Of a stretch of 64,000 nucleotides of DNA, positions 56,166-64,000 are shown one piece after another. A program made the translations under genes and the position numbers. The stretch is from Thermoplasmata archaeon (GTDB taxonomy: Archaea; Thermoplasmatota; Thermoplasmata; UBA10834), in NCBI GenBank assembly GCA_041559015.1, contig JBFFED010000002.1, positions 1,027 through 65,026 of the forward strand, in the 5' to 3' direction. A model generated the notes under the pieces. It was not told the DNA's origin. It was given only the letters and a program-made list of their open reading frames with translations, and made no database searches. Each line of letters starts with the position of its first letter. The stretch's first letter is position 1.

Positions 56166-56675
56166 ATGCCCACTGGAAGATACATCATCAAGCTCTGTCT
56201 CCTTGGGGACGGCGCAGTGGGGAAGACCAGCCTCGTGAGGAGGTTTGTCTTCGACGTGTTCGATGACAAGTATCTCATGTCCTTCGGGACCAAGGTCTCG
56301 AAGAAGAGCTTGAAGGTGGGCGAGGCCAATCTGGACCTGATGATATGGGACATCCTCGGCCAGAAATCGCAGGAGTCACTCCACGCGGCGTACTACAGGG
56401 GCGCCTCGGGCGCGCTCGCGGTGTGCGACTTCACCAGGCCGGAGACCATGAAGAACCTCAGGGGATGGTTGGACAGCTTCAGGTCTGTGGTCGGCGATAT
56501 GCCTGTGATCATCCTGGGGAACAAGACTGACCTCGAGAAGGCGTTCACTTCAGCCGAGCTGGAGGCGTTCGCCAAGGAGGTCGGGTGCAGGTCCCTGGAA
56601 ACGAGCGCCAAGACAGGGCTCAACGTCGAGTCAGCGTTCCAGGAGCTCGGCAAGACCGTCATGGAGGCTGTCTGA
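56166..56675 (+). CDS. Rab-like small GTPase
   Basis: G1 GDGAVGKT, G3 WDILGQ, YYRGA, G4 NKTD, G5 ETSAK. Confidence 0.92.
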   Translation: MPTGRYIIKLCLLGDGAVGKTSLVRRFVFDVFDDKYLMSFGTKVSKKSLKVGEANLDLMIWDILGQKSQESLHAAYYRGASGALAVCDFTRPETMKNLRGWLDSFRSVVGDMPVIILGNKTDLEKAFTSAELEAFAKEVGCRSLETSAKTGLNVESAFQELGKTVMEAV

Positions 56676-57607
56676 TGCGCTCTCTGCCCTTCTTCGTCAT
56701 GCCCGGCATCGCCCTCGCGCACCTGCGCGAGGAGCTCGAGATAGTCGAGGGCGACCAGCGCGCCCGGCTTATGCTCTACAGGTACGGCCAGAGGTGCGGC
56801 AGGGCCCTGGTCGAGAGCTTCGGCCTCTCCTGCAAGGACCTTTCCGAGGTCAGGTCCATAGTCGAGCCGATCTGGATGGAGGCGGGGCTGAGCAGGCTCA
56901 GCATAGAGTCGCTCGAGGAGAGCGAGATCATAGTGAACCTCGAGGACTCCATCGAGGCGAAGGAGGGCAACACGTGTGACTTCGCCCGGGGATACCTGTC
57001 CGGGATAGTCTCGCAGCTCATGTCTGAGAGGTACGAGGTGGACGAGGTCGAGTGCGCGAGCCGCGGCTACATGATATGCGTCATGCAGGTATACGAGGTC
57101 GTCGACGACCTCAGGCCCAGCAGGCATGAGGAGCCCGAAGCCGTCAGGAAGTACAGCCTCGACTCCGGCTACTCATACCTGATCAAGGAGGAGATCCCGG
57201 ACCAGGCGTTCGACATATTCGTGGACGCCTCGAAGAACGGCGTGCCCTGCCTGTGCGTCACCAGGGAGTACCCGGAGAAGCTCAAGGACAGATACGACCT
57301 CAAAGCGGTGCCCTTCCTCTGGCTGTCCATGGACCAGGAGAGGAGCTACTCCAGGGACCCGTCGAACGCGGCGCTCCTCTATTCCGACATCAAGACATTC
57401 ATCTCCGAGAACCCGGGGTGTATGGTGCTGTTGTCCGGTGTGGAGTACCTGATATCCCAGAACGGTTTCCAGAAGGTGCTCAAGCTGCTCCAGCACATCA
57501 ACGACAAGATCGCGGTGACCGACTCGACTATGCTCACGACCATAAGCCCGCTCACGATCCAGGAGCAGGAGCTGAAGCTCCTTGAGAAGGAGATGCGGAC
57601 CTTCTGA
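56675..57607 (+). CDS. V4R domain + DUF835-like domain protein
   Basis: CDFARGYLSG...EVECASRGYMIC; C-terminal CVTREYPEKL, FLWLS, GVEYLISQNGF; TGATG overlap with the GTPase. Confidence 0.8.
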   Translation: MRSLPFFVMPGIALAHLREELEIVEGDQRARLMLYRYGQRCGRALVESFGLSCKDLSEVRSIVEPIWMEAGLSRLSIESLEESEIIVNLEDSIEAKEGNTCDFARGYLSGIVSQLMSERYEVDEVECASRGYMICVMQVYEVVDDLRPSRHEEPEAVRKYSLDSGYSYLIKEEIPDQAFDIFVDASKNGVPCLCVTREYPEKLKDRYDLKAVPFLWLSMDQERSYSRDPSNAALLYSDIKTFISENPGCMVLLSGVEYLISQNGFQKVLKLLQHINDKIAVTDSTMLTTISPLTIQEQELKLLEKEMRTF

Positions 57608-57623
57608 GGCCGGGGTCGTGGGC

Positions 57624-58076
57624 ATGAAGTACGGTCTTCTCATCTGTCCCAGGTGCGGTATGGCCAAGGGCGTGGAGGCCAGCAGGAAGACCACTACCTG
57701 CCAGTGCGGCAGGGAGATAGACCTCCGCCGGGTGAAGCTGAGGTACACTACTGACTCTCCCCTCGAGCTGGCGGACTCGGTCGCCAAGGCCAACGCCGCG
57801 CTCAGAGGGGGTCAGCAACTGCCGCCTGAGAAGAGGCCAAGGAGGAAGGACCCGTTCTTCGTCATCGCGGAGAGGGCGAAGGCGGTCAAGGACCCCGTCG
57901 AGAGGATGAAGGTCATCGCCAAGGGCCTGACGGATTTGAAATCGTCCTTCGGGGTGGAGGACGTAAGGCGCGTGGTCGTCTTGATGGGGAAGGGCTCGGC
58001 CGAGGACGTCATCAAGGTGCTCCGAGAGCACAACCTGGTCTACGAGACCGCGGACGGCCGGTTCAAGGCGGTCTGA
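57624..58076 (+). CDS. Zn-ribbon protein (DUF1922-like)
   Basis: ICPRCG...TTCQCG. Confidence 0.7.
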   Translation: MKYGLLICPRCGMAKGVEASRKTTTCQCGREIDLRRVKLRYTTDSPLELADSVAKANAALRGGQQLPPEKRPRRKDPFFVIAERAKAVKDPVERMKVIAKGLTDLKSSFGVEDVRRVVVLMGKGSAEDVIKVLREHNLVYETADGRFKAV

Positions 58077-58796
58077 TCACGCCTTCTTCTTCTGAGCCAG
58101 CCTCTTCGCGTCCCTGACTATGTCAGGGAGCAGCTGGCCGTGGACCTTCTTGTATCCGTAAACGACGATCGCAGTGGCCCCGGCCAACCCTATCAGGTTG
58201 AGCGGCGGGATCAGTATGTCGGTGAAGTAGAACGATTCGTAAAGGAGGCCGAAGATGACGTGTATCAAGAGCGCCTCCGAGAAGTAACCTTTTACGTCCC
58301 CTCTCGCGACCCCGACGCCTATTATCGCGGTGGTCGAGCCGTGCAGCAGGACGAACAGGAGTCCGAACATGACCATCGCGGCCACCTCGACGGCGGTCGG
58401 CTCCGATGGTCCGAGCAGGAAGATGTACACGCTGGCAAAGGCGAAGGTCGAGGATATGCCGAGCCCCAGCGCGAGGCCGTAGAACGCGGTGTCGATTCTC
58501 CTCTGGAACTTCGGGTAGTTCAGGATGATCAGCTTGAGCAGTTCTTCCATGAAAGCGAAGCCGAGGATCAGGAGCAGCACTGTCTCCGCGGCCCCTGTGG
58601 ACCCGCCCCATCTCTCGAAAACGAACACCACCATGCCGAGAACGACCCCGAGCGCGAACATCATGAAGACCCGCCGGTCGTCGAAGAACGGCTTCTCCAC
58701 TCTCGGGAAGGTGTACCTCCTGAGCGTGTAGTACATGAGGAACATCGCGGGCCCGAAGCCCACGGCCGCGCTCACGAGCTGAAGTAAGTCGACCAT
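58077..58796 (-). CDS. PrsW-like intramembrane metalloprotease
   Basis: FMEELLKL, LLHGSTT, LIH motifs in a multi-TM protein. Confidence 0.7.
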   Translation of the reverse strand: MVDLLQLVSAAVGFGPAMFLMYYTLRRYTFPRVEKPFFDDRRVFMMFALGVVLGMVVFVFERWGGSTGAAETVLLLILGFAFMEELLKLIILNYPKFQRRIDTAFYGLALGLGISSTFAFASVYIFLLGPSEPTAVEVAAMVMFGLLFVLLHGSTTAIIGVGVARGDVKGYFSEALLIHVIFGLLYESFYFTDILIPPLNLIGLAGATAIVVYGYKKVHGQLLPDIVRDAKRLAQKKKA

Positions 58797-58889
58797 TGCA
58801 AGCCGCTCGTAAGCCCCCGGCGTTATATGGTAATTCTGGTCCTATTCCTATATAACCGGGTGCCTCATTCCTACCCCGAGGTCAGGGAC

Positions 58890-59168
58890 ATGGTGAAATG
58901 TTCGAGATGCGGCCGTTCCATGGGGGAGGCTGAGACGTGCCCTCATTGCGGCTCAGGCCCGAGCAGGAGCGTGCTCGACAAGGGCGTGGTGAAGGTCGCG
59001 AAGGCCACGGGGACGGCCCTCGAGGTCGGCGTCCAGATAACCGAGAAGGTCGTCCAGGACGCGAAGCCGGTCGTGAAGAGCGTCCTGAAGGAGAGCAGGA
59101 AGGGCATCAAGAAGGCCAGGGACGGGACGCTGAAGGTCGCGAAGTCGCTCAGGGATGAGGAGAAGTAG
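58890..59168 (+). CDS. Small Zn-ribbon + helical protein
   Basis: CSRCG...CPHCG followed by a basic amphipathic helix. Confidence 0.65.
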   Translation: MVKCSRCGRSMGEAETCPHCGSGPSRSVLDKGVVKVAKATGTALEVGVQITEKVVQDAKPVVKSVLKESRKGIKKARDGTLKVAKSLRDEEK

Positions 59169-59337
59169 GCCCGGTCACTCAGCCCGTCCGAGACGGCACA
59201 GACGATCTCCTCTGGGGAATAGTCTACTTGGCTGGTGTAAGCGCGTAGGTCGTCCAGGCGTAGCAGGATCTGGTCTGTATCTGGCCAGGGTCTTGCAGGA
59301 CTAGCCTTCCAGCTTGACTGCGAAAAGACAATAGAGA

Positions 59338-59778
59338 TTGAAACGCCATCCGTCGACTCGTGAGTCCATGGTCCCCAAGAAGGTTGCCAGAAAGGAGTTC
59401 TTCTCCTTTCTCGATTGCCCCAGAAACGTAGGCAAAGATCAAATCACGGATACGATTGTGATGTCCGTCGAGTTCATGAAATATCAGGCGGAAGTCACCT
59501 ATCAGGTCAGCAAGAGTCTTGCGATCTCGATCACCTCGACCGCCTCGACCATCGGGGTCGGATGGTCAGCATTCTTCTTCGGGATCTCGCAGGAATCCTG
59601 GGTCACGTCAAGTCTCGGCCTCATGATGGTATTTGCCGGGACCTTCTTCCTGGCGTTCTGGACCCCAAGGATCATGGACAAGGCAAGGACGGGGCTTGAG
59701 GAACTCGGGGCTGCTAAGTTTTGCGACAAGTGGCTCTCGAACGCGTCAAGGATCGAGGGGGTCGACAAGAGCCTATGA
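59338..59778 (+). CDS. Hypothetical 2-TM protein (accessory)
   Basis: Two hydrophobic segments; start uncertain (ATG at 59368 possible). Confidence 0.5.
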   Translation: MKRHPSTRESMVPKKVARKEFFSFLDCPRNVGKDQITDTIVMSVEFMKYQAEVTYQVSKSLAISITSTASTIGVGWSAFFFGISQESWVTSSLGLMMVFAGTFFLAFWTPRIMDKARTGLEELGAAKFCDKWLSNASRIEGVDKSL

Positions 59779-59975
59779 ATCGGAAGAGAGGGCACGAGCG
59801 CGACGGAACGAACCGGCGCCCTTCCTCGGCAGTAGTCGGTCATGACCGTCCTTCATCTTCCAGGTACATGGATTCTGTTCAGTATCCTCGAAGTCCTGAA
59901 GAGGGACTATTGTCGAAACCCGCAGGAGGTGCTGGCCGCACACCATGCTCGTGTGCCTCCTCATGAAGGAGTTGC

Positions 59976-60464
59976 TCAGGCCGAAACCTGCCTGAACCCC
60001 CGGGTGTAAAGAAGGAACGAATCCACAACAAGGGCAGCCCCAAGCACTGCGATAAGAGTCAACCCCAAGTCGAACGCGCTCAGGTCGACGAGCTGGTTGA
60101 CGATCCCTAGGAATATCAAGTAGGAGCCTGCTATGACCTCCACAGCGATGTACAGGGCGGGCAGTACCGAGGGAGAGGGAGGGGATCGAATAATCCATTC
60201 ACGACTGCTGCGGAACGATGCAATCGTGAGAACCACTCCGAAGATGATAGCCACGGACGCGTACAGTATCGCGTCTTCGATTAGTCCAGACCCCAGAGCA
60301 ATCATGCCGGCCCCGAGGATGAGTAGCAGGAAAGTGGCAATTGCAGGATTGTCCACGACGTCAAACAATCGAGGCTTCCTTATAACGATTCTGGTATTGC
60401 CCCTTGATGGGCGACTACTTACTGACAATGGAATTCGCGAACACTCTGGCTCGAGCGAGTTCAA
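59976..60464 (-). CDS. Hypothetical 4-TM protein (accessory; true start probably downstream)
   Basis: Four hydrophobic segments; the track start lies inside the att-like motif. Confidence 0.5.
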   Translation of the reverse strand: MNSLEPECSRIPLSVSSRPSRGNTRIVIRKPRLFDVVDNPAIATFLLLILGAGMIALGSGLIEDAILYASVAIIFGVVLTIASFRSSREWIIRSPPSPSVLPALYIAVEVIAGSYLIFLGIVNQLVDLSAFDLGLTLIAVLGAALVVDSFLLYTRGFRQVSA

Positions 60465-60477
60465 TGCTCGCCTGGTC
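60445..60477 (+). repeat. att-like copy 3, inverted relative to copies 1-2, over a stop codon
   Basis: Reverse complement gaccaggcgagcattgaactcgctcgagccaga matches 30389-30421 at 32/33 nt. Confidence 0.85.
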
Positions 60478-62410
60478 TTCTCTTACCATGAACCTTCGTC
60501 TTCCTCGTCGAGGCTTTCCCCGCCAGCTTGTCGAAGTAGTGCGCGACCACGCAGCTATCCGCGCACTTGCCACAGCGCGTGCACGCGCGGTCGTCGACGG
60601 TGATGCGGTCCTCTAGCTTGATCGCGCGCTGAGGACAGGTCCTGACGCATATGCCGCACTTCGCGCACATGTTCGCCCTCAGGACAGCCCTCGCGACCCT
60701 GTCGAAGTACTTCGTAGCGTCCTCGGGCGTCTTCCCGACGGAAGATACCTGCCCTCCAACGAAGACCTTGGCGTCCGCGTCCTTGGAGCGCACCATCGCG
60801 ACCCCGAAGTCCTCGACCAGGTTCACATCGCCGACTGTCTTGAGCAGCTCGGATATCTCCTGGAGGCCTCTCGTCTCAGGCATCCTCAGCACGGCCTCGA
60901 CTGAGTATCCGCCTGCGGTGCACGGGCTGACCCCTTTGATGACATGCAGCTCCAGGGTGTCGGCCCTCTTCGGCCTCGCCTCCATCCCCAGCCTGTCGGC
61001 GAGGGCGCGCATCTTGGGCGGGAGCTGCTTCCACCGCCAGAAGCCATATTGGACGAACTGCCTCGGGAGGCCGTTCTCTGCCGCCCACGAGTGCAGTCTC
61101 TGCTCCCACGCCTTCGCCAGCTCGGGGCTCATGCGGGATATCTCCGCGCACTCGCTCGCGAGCGCGGAGGGGCACATCCAGCACCCCACCCTCTCGATGT
61201 CCTCGTCGTAGAGTGGGTTGTACCTGAGGCCCCGCCAGAGTATGTAAAGCCAGACATCGAGCGCCGTCCAGCCCCTTATCAGGTTGGCCACCATCTGTCT
61301 GGGCACGAACGGGTTCCTCTCGATCAGCTCCAGCCTCGATCGTGAGAATGATTCCAGCCTGCGGTTCCCCTCGACCGTGAGAGTGCCGTCGGGGAACGAC
61401 TCCTCGACGGCCTTCGCTGCCGGGGCGAGCTTGCAGACCTTGCAGCACCATCTGAAGTCCTTCGCGGGCGGCCCGAAGGCGGGGAAGTTGTCATCGAACG
61501 CGTCTCCCGCGGGGGCGGTGACGAGCCTGAGCGAGTTCTCCTTCGCGAACCTCTTAACGTAATCCCTGGTTTTCGGATGTTCGAGGCCGGTGTCCACGAA
61601 GATGGCGGTGAAGTCCTTGGTGACCGACGACACCAAGTCCAGGACCACCAGGCTGTCCTTGCCTCCGCTGAAGGAGACTGACAGCAGGAGGCCGCTCCTG
61701 GACATCGCGTCCTTCAGCTCGTGCTCCGCCTTGGCCTTCTTCGCCATCAGGTGCGGCAGGTTCGCCTTAATCAGGTCCTTCGGCCACGCCCTCTTCCCGG
61801 GCCTGAGCGGCCCGGACTGCGTGATGTCCCTGACCTTCACGCCCTTGGCGGAGTTCCTCAGCTCGGCCGCGTTCACTTTGGCGCTCCCGCAGCCGATGAA
61901 CTTGCCCATCTGCACGATCACCTCATCCCCGGCGCTGATGCCCGGGTCGAAGGACGAGATGTACTCCTTCGGGACGTAATTGCCCTTCATGTGCCCGTCC
62001 GTCTTGTTGAGCAGAATCTCCTTCTTGGGGCGCATGCGCGCGAGCATGCGCGCACCGTCTATCCTCAGGGTGAGGCGGTAGTCTGCCCGCTCGAGGTCGT
62101 AGCTCAGCAGGGCGATCCTCCTGCCGTCCACTATCACCTCCTCGGCCCTGTCCTCTCCCGAGGTCTTGTTGAGGACAGTGATATCCGGTATGAGTTGCTG
62201 AACGCCAAACTGTCGCAGGAAGAGATACCTGAGCCTCCTCTTGGTGCCCTCGAGCGCCAGCCGGACTTCCCCCGGCGGAGAGAGATCTATCTCCCGGCCG
62301 TTGTGTCCGCACCTCCCGCATGTCATACCAATCAGAGGCACGTTGCAGCTGTCGCACCAGTGAAGCGTGGGTGCGTGGTGATGGCGCTGAATCCTCACGA
62401 GTCGAAGCAA
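60461..62410 (-). CDS. PAPS-reductase-family protein with Zn-ribbon, PUA-like and C-terminal 4Fe-4S domains
   Basis: WCDSCN, SFSGGKDS, WCCKVCK, RVGCWMCP, CAKCGICVRTCP, CTRCGKCADSC; start may be GTG 62398. Confidence 0.85.
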   Translation of the reverse strand: MLRLVRIQRHHHAPTLHWCDSCNVPLIGMTCGRCGHNGREIDLSPPGEVRLALEGTKRRLRYLFLRQFGVQQLIPDITVLNKTSGEDRAEEVIVDGRRIALLSYDLERADYRLTLRIDGARMLARMRPKKEILLNKTDGHMKGNYVPKEYISSFDPGISAGDEVIVQMGKFIGCGSAKVNAAELRNSAKGVKVRDITQSGPLRPGKRAWPKDLIKANLPHLMAKKAKAEHELKDAMSRSGLLLSVSFSGGKDSLVVLDLVSSVTKDFTAIFVDTGLEHPKTRDYVKRFAKENSLRLVTAPAGDAFDDNFPAFGPPAKDFRWCCKVCKLAPAAKAVEESFPDGTLTVEGNRRLESFSRSRLELIERNPFVPRQMVANLIRGWTALDVWLYILWRGLRYNPLYDEDIERVGCWMCPSALASECAEISRMSPELAKAWEQRLHSWAAENGLPRQFVQYGFWRWKQLPPKMRALADRLGMEARPKRADTLELHVIKGVSPCTAGGYSVEAVLRMPETRGLQEISELLKTVGDVNLVEDFGVAMVRSKDADAKVFVGGQVSSVGKTPEDATKYFDRVARAVLRANMCAKCGICVRTCPQRAIKLEDRITVDDRACTRCGKCADSCVVAHYFDKLAGKASTRKTKVHGKRRPGEH

Positions 62411-62502
62411 TGCCGGAAGGCTGTTATCAAGTTATCCACGCTCGTCCGAGCCAGCGGGCCCGGGCAATCATTAACTACCGACTCCGTAATCCCTGGGGGA
62501 AG

Positions 62503-63177
62503 ATGAGCGCCAAGAAGGTCAGGAAAGGGTACACGATCGTGGGGCCGCAGGAGCCCGCACGGTACGGCACGGGCTACGACCTGTACACCGTCCCCAGGCA
62601 CCGCCTCACCAGCCCTATCGAGATACGGGACATGCTCGTGGCGATAGGGATACTCACGGTCGCATTCTCCTACGTGTTCTTCGAGAGCATCTCATTGGTC
62701 GACTTGAGTTTCGCCTTCGTGATAGTCGTCGCCGGCTTCTTCACCCACGAGATGGCGCACAAGATGGTGGCCAGGAGGTACGGGTGCTGGGCGGAGTTCA
62801 GGGCGGACTTCAGGATGCTAGGGTTGGCGCTCCTGATGTCGATATTCGGGTTCCTGTTCGCCGCCCCTGGCGCTGTCATGATCGCCGGGCGGATCACGAA
62901 CGAGCAGAACGGGAAGATAAGCATCGCGGGGCCGGCATCGAATATGCTCGTCGCCGCGGCGTTCCTTCCCGTCTGGGTGTTGGAGGTGGAGGGTGTCCCT
63001 GACTTCGCGATGACCCTGGCCCACGGGCTAACATTCATATGCGGGTTCCTGGCATTCTTCAACCTGCTGCCGATACCCGCCTTCGACGGGCGCAAGGTGT
63101 GGGCCTGGGACAAGCCGCTCTATATCGCGTCGCTACTTGCTGCAGGCCTTCTCGTCTACTCCGCCTGGGCATTTTGA
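62503..63177 (+). CDS. Site-2 (M50) metalloprotease
   Basis: THEMAH, AGPASN, FNLLPIPAFDG. Confidence 0.92.
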   Translation: MSAKKVRKGYTIVGPQEPARYGTGYDLYTVPRHRLTSPIEIRDMLVAIGILTVAFSYVFFESISLVDLSFAFVIVVAGFFTHEMAHKMVARRYGCWAEFRADFRMLGLALLMSIFGFLFAAPGAVMIAGRITNEQNGKISIAGPASNMLVAAAFLPVWVLEVEGVPDFAMTLAHGLTFICGFLAFFNLLPIPAFDGRKVWAWDKPLYIASLLAAGLLVYSAWAF

Positions 63178-63999
63178 GGGCGGGCACTCCTGCTCCAGGA
63201 ACGCGGGGTACCTGAGGTGCTTGATGATGCTCCCCTCCCAGTCGAACATCTTCCCCGGGTTCATGATGTTCTTCGGGTCGAGCGCCTTCTTGATGGCCTT
63301 CATGGCGACGATTGAATCCGCGCGCTCCTTCTGCATGTAGGGCGCCTTCGAGATTGAGACCCCGTGCTCCCCGGTGACCGTCCCCCCGAGCTCCAGGACC
63401 TTGTCGAAGATCTGGCCCACGGCCTTCTCGGCCCTCATCCAACTGTCCTTCGAGTCGGGCTCGACCAGCATCTTGGTGTGCAGGTTGCCGTCCGCCGAGT
63501 GCCCGTAGGTGCCGACTATGACGCCGTTCTCCTCGGCAATCCGCTGGAACGCGACCACTGCCTCCGGTATCCTCGAGATCGGCACCGACATGTCGTCAGC
63601 AAGTGCCACGGACACGAATTTCTCGCCGTAGCGGGAGAGCGAGGGCATGATGGCCTTCCTGGCGTAGGTCCAGTAGTCTATCCTCTTCTTGTCCCTCGAA
63701 GCCTCTGTCTGCACCGCACCGCTCTGCCTGGCAATCTCCTCGACGGTCTTCAGCTCCTCCTCGACCGCGACCGGGTGCCCGTCGACCTCAATCATGCATA
63801 TCGCGGCCACGTCCGGAAGGCCCACGTTCATGCACTTGTTGACAGCCTTGATGCACACCGAGTCCATCAGCTCGATGGCCGAGGGCATCAGCGGCTTCGC
63901 GATTATGTTCGAGACGCACTTGCCCGCGTCCTCGAGCGAGTTGAATGCCGCGAGGGTCATCGCGGACGCCTTCGGCTTGAACGCCAGCTTGAGCGTGAT
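63133..63999 (-). CDS. FAD-linked oxidase, GlcD/D-lactate dehydrogenase-like (partial, runs off window)
   Basis: GHSADGNLH, GTVTGEHG, LDPKNIMNPGK. Confidence 0.9.
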   Translation of the reverse strand: MTLKLAFKPKASAMTLAAFNSLEDAGKCVSNIIAKPLMPSAIELMDSVCIKAVNKCMNVGLPDVAAICMIEVDGHPVAVEEELKTVEEIARQSGAVQTEASRDKKRIDYWTYARKAIMPSLSRYGEKFVSVALADDMSVPISRIPEAVVAFQRIAEENGVIVGTYGHSADGNLHTKMLVEPDSKDSWMRAEKAVGQIFDKVLELGGTVTGEHGVSISKAPYMQKERADSIVAMKAIKKALDPKNIMNPGKMFDWEGSIIKHLRYPAFLEQECPPSKCPGGVDEKACSK

Positions 64000-64000
64000 C

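Noticed and set aside
1-64000. CRISPR array, rRNA, integrase or transposase
   Set aside because: No regularly spaced repeats and no recombinase or transposase motifs were recognised by eye; a tool scan could still find degenerate remnants.

Overview
High-GC archaeal chromosome segment (rpl37e, rps3ae, Lsm, intron-containing tRNA-Met). Gene content suggests an anaerobic Thermoplasmatota lineage; this is inference. Core genes are purF, pyrC, rpl37e-lsm, rps3ae, AOR plus ferredoxin, hdrCB-DUF749, ABC systems and regulators, interleaved with an accessory zone at about 19.9-36.8 kb. The main finding is a family of integrase-less cassettes with conserved ends. Two are stacked at the 3' end of tRNA-Ala(GGC) (about 29.0-30.4 kb and 30.4-36.8 kb). 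A third conserved end lies at the stop codon of a protein gene at 60.46 kb. The larger cassette carries a class III polyhydroxyalkanoate operon (a 4-repeat PhaE-like gene, phaE, phaC, two phaB-like reductases) plus an alpha/beta hydrolase. Also notable: a Rab-like GTPase coupled to a V4R-DUF835 gene, a V4R-roadblock pair, a rifampin-phosphotransferase-like enzyme with an extra C-terminal domain, a wHTH-STAND-TPR protein, a flavodoxin cluster with a pseudogene, and a PEF-CTERM beta-propeller. No CRISPR array, rRNA or integrase/transposase was seen. Several starts were moved from the ORF track to likelier codons. Family names come from motif recognition, not database searches.
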